From Paracoccaceae bacterium (GTDB lineage Bacteria > Pseudomonadota > Alphaproteobacteria > Rhodobacterales > Rhodobacteraceae): DNA of 64,000 bases. The stretch's first letter is position 1. The number at the start of each line of letters is the position of its first letter. This document shows positions 28,880-39,056 of this stretch, one piece after another. The DNA is taken from contig DALYSR010000005.1 in the NCBI GenBank assembly GCA_031991825.1, positions 816 to 64,815 on the forward strand, in the 5' to 3' direction. The notes below the pieces were generated by a model. It was not told where the DNA came from. It worked only from the letters and a program-made list of their open reading frames with translations, and did not search any database. The position numbers and the translations under genes were made by a program.

Positions 28880-31290
28880 TAGCTGCGCAAGGTCCCGCCA
28901 GTTGCTTTCAATACCTTCTCGACGATTTTCGCCGAGACTGCGGTAATATCGGCTTCCGTCAGGGTCTTGTCTACTGGTTGCAGACGCACGGTAAAGGCAA
29001 TCGACTTTTTGCCATCGCCCATCTGCGCGTAAGCTTTCTCGCCGGTGAATTGGTCGAAGATGCGAACCGATTCGATCAGCAGCTTATCGGCACCTTGCGC
29101 CGCGTTCACGGCCGTCAAAGCTTCGATCTTTTCATCGACCACAAAGGCGAAATCGCGTTCCACCGCTTGCAGATCGCTGATGGTCAGCGCCGGACGGGTG
29201 GGGGTTTTCACCTTGGGATGCGGGATCGCGGCCACTTGGATGGTGTAAGCCATCGCCGGACCTTTGACGCCCATTTCGGCCAGAACCTTGGGATGCACTT
29301 CGCCGAAGGTCGCCATCACATTCGGCCCAAGGCCGATGGCGCCCGAACGACCGGGGTGGAACCACGCCGCGACCTTGCGGGTGATCTGCACGCGGGCAGG
29401 GGCACCCAGTGCCGCCAGAACCGCTTCGACATCGGCTTTGACGTCAAAGACATCGACCGGACGGCGGCTGGCGAAGGGATCGCGCGGGCTGGTGTGACCA
29501 ACCAGCAGGCCAGCGGCTTGCAGCGTCTGTTCGCCCGGCTCGCCACCTTGGAAGGTCGGCCCGATTTCCGCCAAAGCCAGATCGGCAAAGCCGCGCGCTT
29601 GGTTGCGGGCAGCCGCGCGCAACAGGCCCGGCAGCAGGTCGGGGCGCAGGTGGGTCATTTCCGAGGAAATCGGATTGTCCACCTTCACCGCATCCGCGCC
29701 ACCGCCGAACATCTTGGCCGCGGTTTCATCGATGAAGCTATAGGTGACGCATTCGTTGTAACCCAAAGCCGCGATGGTGCGACGGGCGATCTTTTCACGC
29801 GCTTGCAGCGGCGTCAGGATCGGCTTGGGCACGCCAGCGGTCAGACGGGTCAGCGGCTTGCCGACCAGTTTCGACAGCGATGCGACGCGCGCCACTTCTT
29901 CGACCAGATCAGCCTCGCCCAGCACGTCCGGACGCCAGGTCGGCGGGGTCGCCATATCGCCGTTCAGCGTGAAGCCCAAAGCTTGCAGCGTCGCGCGCTG
30001 TTCGTCTGCCGGAATATCCATGCCGACCAAGCTGATCACACGGTCGGTGTCCAACTTATAGGCGCGGGTGGTGTCCGGTGCTGCACCGTCTTGCACGACT
30101 TTCGACGCTTCACCGCCGCAGAGATCCAGAATCATCTGGGTCGCCATCGCCAGACCGTCCAAGGTGAAGGCCGGATCGATGCCACGTTCAAAGCGGTAGC
30201 GGGCATCCGAATTGATCTTCAGCGCGCGGCCGGTGGTCGCGGTGGTGATCGGGTCCCAATAGGCGCTTTCCAGGAAGACAGCGGTGGTGGTCTCGTCGCA
30301 ACCCGACAGCTCTCCCCCCATGATGCCCGCCAGCGATTCCGGACCGGCGTCATCGGCGATGACCATTTGGCCCGGACGCAGGGCATAGGTTTTGCCGTCC
30401 AAAGCCAGCAGTTCTTCGCCGTCATTGGCGAAACGGATCGCCAAGGTGTCGCCCTTGACCTTCGCCATGTCGAAGACATGCAGCGGGCGGTTCAGCGCGA
30501 AGGTGAAGAAATTGGTGATATCGACCAAGGTCGAAATCGGGCGCAAGCCGATGGCCTTCAGGCGGCCTTGCAGCCATTCTGGCGAAGGGCCGTTCTTCAC
30601 GCCACGGATCACGCGGCCTGCGAAATGCGGGCAGCCTTTTTCTTTGACGTCGGCGGCGATGGCCACCTTGATCGGGCTGTCGAAGCTGCCTTCGATCGCG
30701 GGGACTTCGACTGCCTTCAGCTTGCCCAGACCGCGCGCCGCCAGATCGCGGGCGATGCCATGGATGCCCAAGGCATCGGGGCGGTTCGGGGTGATCTTGA
30801 TATGGATCATCGGGTCGACCGCTTCGGGGCGGTTGATCGCCAGCCAATCGACGAATTTGTCGCCAACCTCGCCCGAGGGCAGTTCGATGATGCCGTTGTG
30901 TTCTTCCGACAGCTCCAGCTCGCGCTCGGAGGCCATCATGCCCATGCTCTCAACGCCACGGATCTTGCCGACGCCCAAGGTGACGTCCAGACCCGGCACG
31001 TAATCGCCCGGTTTGCACAGCACGACGGTGATGCCTTCGCGGGCATTGGGCGCACCGCAGACGATCTGCTTTTCGCCTTCATCCGTCATCACCTTGCAGA
31101 TGCGCAGGCGGTCGGCATCGGGGTGCTGGGTCGCTTCAAGCACCTTGGCGATGGTAAAGGTCGCAAGCTTGGCGGCGGGGTTCACGACCTCTTCGACCTC
31201 TAGGCCCAGATCGGTGAGCGCATAGAGGATATCGTCAAGCGGAGCCTCGGTTTCGAGATGGTCTTTCAGCCAGGAAAGGGTGAATTTCAT
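28879..31290 (-). CDS. pheT: Phenylalanine--tRNA ligase beta subunit
   Basis: 803 aa, MKFTLSWLKDHL N-terminus, with tRNA-binding, B3/4, B5 and FDX-ACB regions recognisable. Confidence 0.97.
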   Translation of the reverse strand: MKFTLSWLKDHLETEAPLDDILYALTDLGLEVEEVVNPAAKLATFTIAKVLEATQHPDADRLRICKVMTDEGEKQIVCGAPNAREGITVVLCKPGDYVPGLDVTLGVGKIRGVESMGMMASERELELSEEHNGIIELPSGEVGDKFVDWLAINRPEAVDPMIHIKITPNRPDALGIHGIARDLAARGLGKLKAVEVPAIEGSFDSPIKVAIAADVKEKGCPHFAGRVIRGVKNGPSPEWLQGRLKAIGLRPISTLVDITNFFTFALNRPLHVFDMAKVKGDTLAIRFANDGEELLALDGKTYALRPGQMVIADDAGPESLAGIMGGELSGCDETTTAVFLESAYWDPITTATTGRALKINSDARYRFERGIDPAFTLDGLAMATQMILDLCGGEASKVVQDGAAPDTTRAYKLDTDRVISLVGMDIPADEQRATLQALGFTLNGDMATPPTWRPDVLGEADLVEEVARVASLSKLVGKPLTRLTAGVPKPILTPLQAREKIARRTIAALGYNECVTYSFIDETAAKMFGGGADAVKVDNPISSEMTHLRPDLLPGLLRAAARNQARGFADLALAEIGPTFQGGEPGEQTLQAAGLLVGHTSPRDPFASRRPVDVFDVKADVEAVLAALGAPARVQITRKVAAWFHPGRSGAIGLGPNVMATFGEVHPKVLAEMGVKGPAMAYTIQVAAIPHPKVKTPTRPALTISDLQAVERDFAFVVDEKIEALTAVNAAQGADKLLIESVRIFDQFTGEKAYAQMGDGKKSIAFTVRLQPVDKTLTEADITAVSAKIVEKVLKATGGTLRS

Positions 31291-31472
31291 CGCTTGGTCC
31301 CTTGGATGTCAGGCAGGCCGTAATCGGTTGTCGGGCTGCGGGAAAGCGGAAGGGCGGGTTCCGCTGATGGAAATGCTGTCTTGTGGATCAGGCCACCCTG
31401 CTGGCTCCCCGCGTCCGAGCCCGCCCGGGCTGGATGCTGGGGGCAGGGGGCCTGCCCTTGGGCCTTCAGCCC

Positions 31473-32552
31473 TTAGCGGCTCAGGCCGCCTGCCAGATCC
31501 GGCATATCAAGGGCGGCAAAGCCGTAATGGCGCAGCCAGCGCAGATCGCTTTCGAAGAAGGCGCGCAGATCGGGAATGCCGTATTTCAGCATGGCAAGGC
31601 GGTCGATGCCCATGCCGAAGGCGAAGCCTTGGTATTCGTTGGGATCGACGCCAGCCGCAGCCAGCACCTTGGGATGCACCATGCCCGAACCCAGAATTTC
31701 CATCCATTTGTCGCCTTCGCCGATGCGCAGCTGGCCGCCGACGTTGGAATAGCGGATATCCACTTCAGCCGAGGGTTCGGTGAAGGGGAAATGCGAGGCA
31801 CGGAAGCGCAGTTCGACCTTGTCGACCTCGAAGAAGGCGCGGCAGAACTCTTCCAGCGTCCATTTCAGGTTCGCCATGGAAATGTCCTTGCCGATGGCCA
31901 GGCCTTCGACTTGGTGGAACATCGGCGTGTGGGTCTGGTCCATATCCATGCGATAGACGCGGCCCGGACAGATCACGCGGATCGGTGCGCCTTTTTCCAT
32001 CATCGACCGGACTTGGACCGGCGAGGTATGGGTGCGCAGCACATGCGGCGGGCGCGCGTCACCTTCGGCACGGTTCATGAAGAAGGTATCATGTTCCTGA
32101 CGGGCGGGGTGTTCGGGCGGGATGTTCAGCGCGTCGAAGTTATACCAGTCGCTTTCGACCTGCGGGCCTTCGGCCACGGCAAAGCCCATATCCGCGAAGA
32201 TCGCGGTCAGCTCTTCCATGACTTGGCTCACGGGGTGGATGGTGCCGCGCGCCCGCGGACGCGCCGGCAGGGTCACGTCCAGCCATTCGGATTTCAGGCG
32301 TTCGTTCAGCGCTGCATCCGCCAGCGCCGCTTTCTTCGCGCGCAAAGCCGCGTCGATTTCGTTGCGCAGCAGGTTGAGCGTGGCACCGGTGGTTTTACGC
32401 TCCTCCGGATCCATCTTGCCAAGCGTTGCCATCAGGGCCGAAATCTCGCCCTTCTTGCCGAGTGCTGCGAGACGCACCTCTTCAAGCGTGGCTTCATCGG
32501 CCGCATTGGCCACGGCCTCGATAAATTTGCCACGAATATTGGTCAGGTCCAT
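31473..32552 (-). CDS. pheS: Phenylalanine--tRNA ligase alpha subunit
   Basis: 359 aa. [32 protein letters not shown] class II motifs. Confidence 0.97.
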   Translation of the reverse strand: MDLTNIRGKFIEAVANAADEATLEEVRLAALGKKGEISALMATLGKMDPEERKTTGATLNLLRNEIDAALRAKKAALADAALNERLKSEWLDVTLPARPRARGTIHPVSQVMEELTAIFADMGFAVAEGPQVESDWYNFDALNIPPEHPARQEHDTFFMNRAEGDARPPHVLRTHTSPVQVRSMMEKGAPIRVICPGRVYRMDMDQTHTPMFHQVEGLAIGKDISMANLKWTLEEFCRAFFEVDKVELRFRASHFPFTEPSAEVDIRYSNVGGQLRIGEGDKWMEILGSGMVHPKVLAAAGVDPNEYQGFAFGMGIDRLAMLKYGIPDLRAFFESDLRWLRHYGFAALDMPDLAGGLSR

Positions 32553-32641
32553 GGTCTCGCCTCCGGGAATTGGTCGGGCTTGGTGCTACCCAGACGGGGG
32601 CTGATTTGCAAGTGCGCCATGGAGCAGGGAAGCTTTCACAT

Positions 32642-32672
32642 GAAAAAAGCCCCACTTTCGCGGGGCTTTTGA
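32642..32672 (-). terminator. Intrinsic terminator after the AGCS symporter gene
   Basis: Minus strand: AGCCCC-GCGAAAGT-GGGGCT followed by TTTTTTC. Confidence 0.75.
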
Positions 32673-32678
32673 AGGGAT

Positions 32679-34100
32679 TTAGCGCCAGATATCGGCATCC
32701 ACGCCTTTGGCAAGATCGGGATGCTGGGAAATATGGAATTCCGGCTGTCGACCGGCCTTGCGTTGGGCGAAGTAATCCTTCGTCAGCTTGGCCACCGTGC
32801 CTGACAGCGCAAGGATGGCAATCAGGTTGATCGTGGCCATCAAACCCATCGAGGCATCGGCCATATCGAAGACGGTCGCCACCGCTTGCAGCGATCCCCA
32901 GATGACCATGGCCATCACGACAAGGCGCAGGATCAGGATTGGGGTTTTGCCGCCCAGACCCAGATAATTCATCGCCATTTCCGAATAGGCATAGTTGCCC
33001 AAGATCGTGGTGAAAGCGAAGAAGAAGATCGCCAGCGCCACAAACGCGGGGCCCAAGCCGCCGATATGTTCGGACAAAGCCGCTTGGGTTAGGGTGATGC
33101 CCGCCAATTCGCCGCCCGGCTGATAGACGCCCGACAATAGGATCATCAGCGCAGTGCAGGTACACACGATGATGGTGTCGATGAAGACGCCCAAAGCCTG
33201 CACGAAGCCTTGGCTGGACGGGTGGTGGGGCGCAGGGCGCGCCGCAGCCGCGATATTGGGCGCCGAGCCCATGCCCGCTTCATTCGAGAACAGGCCACGC
33301 TTGACGCCGTTCAGCATCGCCGCCGCCATGCCGCCTGCAACACCACCCGCCGCTTCTTCCAGACCGAAGGCGCTTTTGACGATATGCATCAGCATTGTCG
33401 GCACTTCGGACAGGTTGGTGAATACCACGAACAGGGCCATCAGCAGGTAAAGGCCTGCCATGATCGGCACCACATAGGTGGCGACGTTTGCGATTTTGCG
33501 GATGCCGCCGAAGATGACGACGGCGCTCAGGGCCGCCAAGGCGATGCCGGTTGCCAGCTTGGGCACGCCAAACGCGCCTTGCGCCGCTTCGGCGATGGAA
33601 TTTGACTGCACTGCATTGAAAACAATACCGAAGGACATGATCAGGCAGACCACAAAGACCGTCCCCAGCCATTTCATTCCCAAGCCTTTGGCAATGTAAT
33701 AGGCCGGACCACCGCGATAGACGCCATCGCCATCCTTTGCGGCAGGTTCCTTATACAATTGCGCCAAGGTCGATTCGGCATAAGCCGTCGCCATGCCGAC
33801 AAAGGCCACGACCCACATCCAGAAGATCGCCCCCGGACCGCCAAGGCCCAAAGCCACGGCCACACCGGTGATATTGCCGGTGCCGACACGGCTTGCCAAG
33901 GAGGTGCACAGCGCTTCGAATGACGAAATGCCATCGCGCGATTTCACATCCTTGCCGAAGACGACACGGAACATTTCGGTGAAATGGCGGATTTGCGGAA
34001 AACCAAGACGGATGGTGAAGAAGATGCCGACCGCGATCAGGCCGTAAATGAGCACGTAGCTCCAAAAGATATTGTTTAAGAACGCAATGATTGCGGTCAT
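32679..34100 (-). CDS. Alanine/glycine:cation symporter (AGCS) family transporter
   Basis: 473 aa, polytopic. SSFEALCTSLASRVGTGNITGVA and FSNEAGMGSAPNIAAAA motifs are typical of sodium:alanine symporters. Confidence 0.92.
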   Translation of the reverse strand: MTAIIAFLNNIFWSYVLIYGLIAVGIFFTIRLGFPQIRHFTEMFRVVFGKDVKSRDGISSFEALCTSLASRVGTGNITGVAVALGLGGPGAIFWMWVVAFVGMATAYAESTLAQLYKEPAAKDGDGVYRGGPAYYIAKGLGMKWLGTVFVVCLIMSFGIVFNAVQSNSIAEAAQGAFGVPKLATGIALAALSAVVIFGGIRKIANVATYVVPIMAGLYLLMALFVVFTNLSEVPTMLMHIVKSAFGLEEAAGGVAGGMAAAMLNGVKRGLFSNEAGMGSAPNIAAAARPAPHHPSSQGFVQALGVFIDTIIVCTCTALMILLSGVYQPGGELAGITLTQAALSEHIGGLGPAFVALAIFFFAFTTILGNYAYSEMAMNYLGLGGKTPILILRLVVMAMVIWGSLQAVATVFDMADASMGLMATINLIAILALSGTVAKLTKDYFAQRKAGRQPEFHISQHPDLAKGVDADIWR

Positions 34101-34239
34101 TCACACACTCCATACGAGGGCCTGCAAAAGGGCAGGCGGTGCATTAAGCCATGGTCATAGCTATAAGGTGTCGCGTATTCCAGCAGAGGCAAGGAATTAT
34201 CTGCGACCCCGATTGTGTGCCATGGGATACGAAAAAAAT

Positions 34240-34272
34240 GATAACAAAAAAGCCCCGCAATGCGGGGCTCTT
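34240..34272 (-). terminator. Intrinsic terminator after rplT
   Basis: Minus strand: AGCCCCGCA-T-TGCGGGGCT followed by TTTTTTGTTATCATTTTTTT. Confidence 0.8.
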
Positions 34273-34293
34273 TCGTAAGCTGGACGCTTTGGC

Positions 34294-34656
34294 TTACGCC
34301 AGAGCAGCTTTTGCTTGAGCAGCGATAGCGTTGAACGCTTCCGGCTCATGCACTGCGAGATCTGCGAGAACCTTACGGTCGACCTCGATGCCAGCCTTGT
34401 TCAGGCCGTCGATGAGGCGCGAGTAGGTGAACTCGGCGTCAAACAGACGAACAGCAGCGTTGATACGCTGGATCCACAGAGCGCGGAACTGACGCTTACG
34501 GACCTTACGGTCGCGAGTCGCGTACTGTTGCGCTTTGTCGACAGCTTGGGTCGCGGTGCGGAAGTTCGTCGAGCGGGCGGCGTAGTAGCCTTTCGCTGCT
34601 TTAATAACCTTGCGGTGACGGGCGTGGGTCACCTTGCCGGATTTAACGCGGGACAT
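34294..34656 (-). CDS. rplT: 50S ribosomal protein L20
   Basis: 120 aa, [29 protein letters not shown]... Confidence 0.97.
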   Translation of the reverse strand: MSRVKSGKVTHARHRKVIKAAKGYYAARSTNFRTATQAVDKAQQYATRDRKVRKRQFRALWIQRINAAVRLFDAEFTYSRLIDGLNKAGIEVDRKVLADLAVHEPEAFNAIAAQAKAALA

Positions 34657-34668
34657 CTAAACTCTTCC

Positions 34669-34869
34669 TTACCGGTTGTAGGGCATGTATTTTTTGACGA
34701 TTTTCTCGTCCGCTGCGCACAGGATCATGGTGCCCGATGCATCGCGGATGAACTTCGTCGTACGTTTGATCATGCCGTGGCGTTTACCCGCCACACCGGC
34801 TTTCACGCGGCCCGAAGCGGTGAAGCTGAAGCGCTTCTTCGCTGCGGATTTGGTCTTCATCTTGGGCAT
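34669..34869 (-). CDS. rpmI: 50S ribosomal protein L35
   Basis: 66 aa, [23 protein letters not shown]... Start set at ATG 34869. Confidence 0.95.
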   Translation of the reverse strand: MPKMKTKSAAKKRFSFTASGRVKAGVAGKRHGMIKRTTKFIRDASGTMILCAADEKIVKKYMPYNR

Positions 34870-34943
34870 TTCGATCTCCAATCGTGACAATGCGCGACTC
34901 GGCATGCCACTTTGGCCGGCCGCGCAGGCTTTCGGAGCCGCCC

Positions 34944-34972
34944 GTATAGGGGACACGAGTGCCTATCGCAAG
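34944..34972 (-). promoter_or_regulatory. Candidate sigma-70 promoter of rpmI-rplT
   Basis: Minus strand CTTGCG-N17-CTATAC, close to the alphaproteobacterial CTTGAC-N17-CTATAT consensus and about 75 nt upstream of the rpmI ATG. Confidence 0.45.
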
Positions 34973-35118
34973 CCGAAAGTCGCATAGCCTTGGGGCCGCG
35001 CATCGGGTGAGGGGTCCTAAAGATCTTCCCCAATGAAAGACCTTTGGAAAACGACAGCCGCCCCAGCTTGCGCTAAGACGGCTGCCGAATGGGCGCGTGA
35101 GTGGACTAGATCAGCGGA

Positions 35119-36564
35119 TCAGTCAAACTCGTTTTTGTTAATAAGGCGTTCATCACAAGGCGCTACGCGCAGAATGTTGGTGGTGCCTTGCACATTGAAG
35201 GGCACGCCGGCGGTCAGAACGATCTGATCTTTCGGCTCGGCGAAGCCATGGTGCAAGGAGGCGCGCACCGCACAGATCACGGCACCTTTGAAGCGTTCCT
35301 GCTCTTCGGTGATGACGGTATGGGTGCCCCAGACCAAGCACAGCTTGCGCGCGGTGCCGACCAGCGGGGTCAGCGCCAGAATCGGCACACGCGGCCGTTC
35401 CCGGGCGACCAGACGCACGGTTTTGCCGCTTTGGCTGAAGACGGCGATGGTCTTGATGTCGGTCGATTCGGCGATTTCACGCGCGGCGGCCACGATGCCG
35501 TCGGCCACGGTCGAGCGCTGTACCGAACGGCTCGCCTCGATGACGGGGCGATAGGTCACGTCGCCTTCGACCGAAATCGCCACGTTGTTCATCGTGGTCA
35601 CGGCTTCGATCGGGTATTTGCCCGCCGCCGATTCCGCCGACAGCATCACCGCATCCGCGCCTTCGTAAATGGCGGTCGCCACATCCGACACTTCCGCACG
35701 GGTCGGCATCGGGCTTTCGATCATCGATTCCAACATCTGGGTCGCGACGATCACCGGCTTTGCCGCCGCGCGCGCCATACGGACCAGACGCTTCTGGATC
35801 GGTGGCACGGCATGAACCGGCAGTTCGACGCCCAGATCGCCACGCGCCACCATGATGCCGTCGGAAACCGCGAGGATTTCTTCATAGGCTTTCACGGCGG
35901 CAGGCTTTTCGATCTTCGACAGGATCGCACAGCGGCCCCGCGCCAGTTCGCGCGCTTCCAGCACGTCGGCGGCCCGTTGCACGAAGGACAAAGCCAGCCA
36001 GTCCGCGCCCAATTCGCAAGCGAATTCCAGATCGGCGCGGTCCTTGTCCGACAGCGCCGCCAAGGGCAGCACCACGTCGGGCACGTTCACGCCCTTGCGG
36101 TTGGAGATAGCGCCACCCACCGTCACGGTGCAGTCGGCGAAATCGGCACCGCAGGCATTCACCTGCAGGCGGATCTTGCCGTCATTGACCAGCAGCGGCG
36201 TGCCCACTTCCAGCGCCGCGAAAATTTCGGGGTGGGGAAGTTGCACACGGGTCGCATCGCCCGGAGTCGGGTCCAGATCCAAACGGAAAGCTTGACCGAT
36301 TTCCAGATCATGCGGGCCGTTTGCAAAGGTGCCGACGCGCAGCTTGGGCCCTTGCAAATCTGCCAGAACCGCGATCGGGCGGCCGGTATCCGCTTCGACC
36401 TTGCGGATGATGTCGTAGCGGGCGCGTTGTTCGTCATGGGTGCCATGGCTCATGTTCAAACGGAACACGTCGGCGCCTGCGTCGAACAGGGCGCGGATCA
36501 TGTCGTAATCACTGGAAGCCGGCCCCAGAGTAGCCACGATTTTCACGTTGCGAAGGCGTCTCAT
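35119..36564 (-). CDS. pyk: Pyruvate kinase
   Basis: 481 aa. KIVATLGPAS, FRLNMSHG, MVARGDLGVE, ATQMLESM. Confidence 0.95.
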   Translation of the reverse strand: MRRLRNVKIVATLGPASSDYDMIRALFDAGADVFRLNMSHGTHDEQRARYDIIRKVEADTGRPIAVLADLQGPKLRVGTFANGPHDLEIGQAFRLDLDPTPGDATRVQLPHPEIFAALEVGTPLLVNDGKIRLQVNACGADFADCTVTVGGAISNRKGVNVPDVVLPLAALSDKDRADLEFACELGADWLALSFVQRAADVLEARELARGRCAILSKIEKPAAVKAYEEILAVSDGIMVARGDLGVELPVHAVPPIQKRLVRMARAAAKPVIVATQMLESMIESPMPTRAEVSDVATAIYEGADAVMLSAESAAGKYPIEAVTTMNNVAISVEGDVTYRPVIEASRSVQRSTVADGIVAAAREIAESTDIKTIAVFSQSGKTVRLVARERPRVPILALTPLVGTARKLCLVWGTHTVITEEQERFKGAVICAVRASLHHGFAEPKDQIVLTAGVPFNVQGTTNILRVAPCDERLINKNEFD

Positions 36565-36769
36565 GCCTTAATCCTTCTGCGCTATATATACTTCGTGGTG
36601 GGCCGAGTTCGGGATTAAAGCAAAGCTTTCCTATAGGCAACTAGCGCTAACATTCAGCGGATAGAAACATCGTCACCATGGCCCATTGTGGTCTAAAAGG
36701 CATGTATCCTGCGGAAATATGCCGATATGATCACAGCGAAGTGACACCAAGCAGGAAGCGGGGGCCAGA

Positions 36770-37501
36770 ATGCGGCACGAGGCCTATGAAACTTTCGGCC
36801 AAACGCGTCAGGGGCCGTGGCTGATCACCTGCGACCATGCCAGCAACCGCGTGCCGGATTGGCTGGGCGGCAGCCTTGGCATCGCGCAGGCCGATATGGA
36901 ACGTCACATCGCCTATGATATCGGCGCGCGCGGCTTGGCCATCGCTTTGGGCGAGGCGCTGGACAGTCCCGTCATCTGTTCCGATTTCAGCCGTCTGGTG
37001 ATCGATCCCAACCGTGGCGAAGAGGATCCGACCCTGCTGATGCGGCTTTACGACGGCACCATCATTCCTGCCAATCGTCATGCCGATGAAGCGGAACTTG
37101 AACGTCGGATGAACCGGCTTTACCGGCCCTATCACGAGGCGATTGCGGCATTGGCGGGGGATCGCGCGATCATGGCGATCCATAGCTTTACGCCCTGCCT
37201 GCGCGGGCGCGCACCGCGTCCATGGCATGTGGGCGTGCTGCATAGCCATCTGGACAGTCGCTTGTCGCAGGCGATCTTGGCCGAACTGGCGCAGGAGCCC
37301 GATCTTTGCATCGGCGACAATGAACCCTATTCCGGCCATCTGCCCGGCGATGCCATCGACCGTCACGCCTTGCGGATGGGCCGTCATAATGCGCTGGTCG
37401 AGTTGCGGCAGGATCTGATCGCAGACCATGCCGCGCAACAGGCTTGGGCCAAGCGTCTGGCCCCTTTATTCACCCGCGCGCTTGCTGTGGTAACCCGTTG
37501 A
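36770..37501 (+). CDS. N-formylglutamate amidohydrolase family protein
   Basis: 243 aa. WLITCDHASNRVP, SRLVIDPNR, AIHSFTP motifs are typical of the FGase family. Confidence 0.85.
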   Translation: MRHEAYETFGQTRQGPWLITCDHASNRVPDWLGGSLGIAQADMERHIAYDIGARGLAIALGEALDSPVICSDFSRLVIDPNRGEEDPTLLMRLYDGTIIPANRHADEAELERRMNRLYRPYHEAIAALAGDRAIMAIHSFTPCLRGRAPRPWHVGVLHSHLDSRLSQAILAELAQEPDLCIGDNEPYSGHLPGDAIDRHALRMGRHNALVELRQDLIADHAAQQAWAKRLAPLFTRALAVVTR

Positions 37502-37505
37502 AAGG

Positions 37506-37823
37506 ATGATTCCGATGGATGATCAAACCCGTATCGAACTTGAAGCCGCCGCTTTCCGCGCCTTGCGTGATCATCTGATGGTGGCGCGTCCTGACGTGCA
37601 GAATATCGACCTGATGACCCTTGCGGGCTTCTGCCGCAACTGCCTGAGCCGCTGGTATCAGGAAGCCGCCAATGCACGCGGCATCGATATGGACAAGGAT
37701 GCGGGCCGCGAAGCCTTCTATGGCATGCCCTATGCCGATTGGGTGGCGCAGAACCAGACCGAAGCCAGCCCTGAAAAGCAGGCGGCTTTCAAGGATGCCT
37801 TCGCCAAGAACGTGATCAAGTAA
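37506..37823 (+). CDS. DUF1244 domain protein
   Basis: 105 aa with the FCRNCLSRWY motif characteristic of DUF1244. Confidence 0.8.
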   Translation: MIPMDDQTRIELEAAAFRALRDHLMVARPDVQNIDLMTLAGFCRNCLSRWYQEAANARGIDMDKDAGREAFYGMPYADWVAQNQTEASPEKQAAFKDAFAKNVIK

Positions 37824-37826
37824 CAG

Positions 37827-37858
37827 AAAAGGCCGGAGTTTCCTCCGGCCTTTGTCAT
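37827..37858. terminator. Bidirectional terminator between the DUF1244 and aminotransferase genes
   Basis: AAAAGGCCGGAG-TTTC-CTCCGGCCTTTG. Confidence 0.8.
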
Positions 37859-37874
37859 TCGGAAATCGGCGCGA

Positions 37875-38735
37875 TCAGATCGCGGCCTTCATCATTTCGT
37901 CCAGATAGATCTCGCGCAGGCGGGCGGCGACCGGACCCGGTTTGCCGGTGCCGATGGCCTTGCCGTCAATTTCGACGACCGGCATCACGAACAGCGATGC
38001 AGCGGTCGAGAAAGCTTCATCCGCGGCTTGCGCTTCTTCGATGGTGAAGGGGCGCTCTTCGACGTCGTATTGTGCTTCGGCCGCAAAACGCAGGACCGCG
38101 CCACGGGTGATGCCGTGCAGGATCTGGTTCGACAGTTGGCGGGTGATGATCTTGTTGCCTTTGACGATATAGGCGTTGTTGGACGTGCCTTCGTTCACGA
38201 CGCCCTCTTCGCACATCCAGGCGTCGTCAACACCGGCCTTCTTCGCCGCCATTTTCGCCATGGACGGTGCCAGCAATTGCACGGTCTTGATGTCGCGACG
38301 ACCCCAGCGGATGTCTTCCACCGAAATCACCCGCAGGCCGATCTTGGCCATCGGCGCATCGCGCAGGTCGGGGATGTCTTGGGTGAAAGCGACGATGGTC
38401 GGTTTCACATCCGCGCCGGGGTAGACGAAGCTGCGGTCGCCCGGATTGCCGCGGGTGATCTGCAGATAGATCATGCCCTCGACCAGATTGTTCTTTTCGA
38501 CCAAGGCGCGATGCATCGCCAGCAGCTCGTCATCCGAGCAGGGAACCGGCATGTCCAGTTCGTTCAGCGAACGGTGCAGGCGCTTCAGGTGGCCGTCGAA
38601 ATCGATCAGCTTGCCCTCGAGGACCGAGGTCACCTCATAGATCCCATCGGCCATGACGAAGCCACGGTCGAAAATGGAAACTTTGGCTTCAGTCTCCGGC
38701 ATGTAGTCGCCGTTGAGATAGACGGTGCGGGTCAT
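37875..38735 (-). CDS. Class IV (D-amino-acid / branched-chain) aminotransferase
   Basis: DRGFVMADGIYEV, RGNPGDR and EGTSNN motifs. Start set at ATG 38735 (the ORF-track start at 38747 is a TTG). Confidence 0.88.
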   Translation of the reverse strand: MTRTVYLNGDYMPETEAKVSIFDRGFVMADGIYEVTSVLEGKLIDFDGHLKRLHRSLNELDMPVPCSDDELLAMHRALVEKNNLVEGMIYLQITRGNPGDRSFVYPGADVKPTIVAFTQDIPDLRDAPMAKIGLRVISVEDIRWGRRDIKTVQLLAPSMAKMAAKKAGVDDAWMCEEGVVNEGTSNNAYIVKGNKIITRQLSNQILHGITRGAVLRFAAEAQYDVEERPFTIEEAQAADEAFSTAASLFVMPVVEIDGKAIGTGKPGPVAARLREIYLDEMMKAAI

Positions 38736-39025
38736 GGTGATTCCCAATCTGGTCTAGTGGTTGGGGAGCGGGCGGGCCCCGATCCCGATGCAGCGGTCTT
38801 GAACCCTTGTGGGCAAGCGGTCAAGACCGGAACAGGACCTTGGGTCACAAGGCGCGAAGGGGCGGTGCAATTTGCGGGCGGATAGAATCAGCGGCAGGTC
38901 GCGATCCGCCACGCTGCAGCAGGTTGAAGGCGCGGGGTGAAGGGGCCATCGTCCACGAAGGCCGTTTGGGCGATATCATGCGCATCAAACCGCCCGATTC
39001 TATCGTTCGACAGGCGGAAATGTTA

Positions 39026-39056
39026 ACAAAATAACGGGAAATGTTACTGAAGTGAC
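39026..39056. repeat. Direct repeat GGAAATGTTA x2 with 21-bp register
   Basis: Identical 10-mers at 39026-39035 and 39047-39056 in the AT-rich intergenic region. Confidence 0.7.

Noticed and set aside
28741-31203. 820-aa ORF antisense to pheT
   Set aside because: Same artefact. pheT is unambiguous and the antisense translation is degenerate and R/G/A-rich.
34100-34240. Possible glycine riboswitch in the leader of the alanine/glycine:cation symporter
   Set aside because: I reverse-complemented the leader and found no GGAGAG...CACCGAAGGGGCAA-type conserved cores. There is only a short hairpin (CCTGCCCTTTTGCAGG) near the RBS. Not supportable without a covariance-model search.
38880-39020. GC-richer patch in the intergenic gap that might be a gene remnant (the minus frame reads ...FDAHDIAQTAFVDDGPFTPRLQPAAAWRIATCR*)
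   Set aside because: The frame has no start codon, because an in-frame stop lies immediately upstream, and no family resemblance. A pseudogene call would need a database search that I cannot run.
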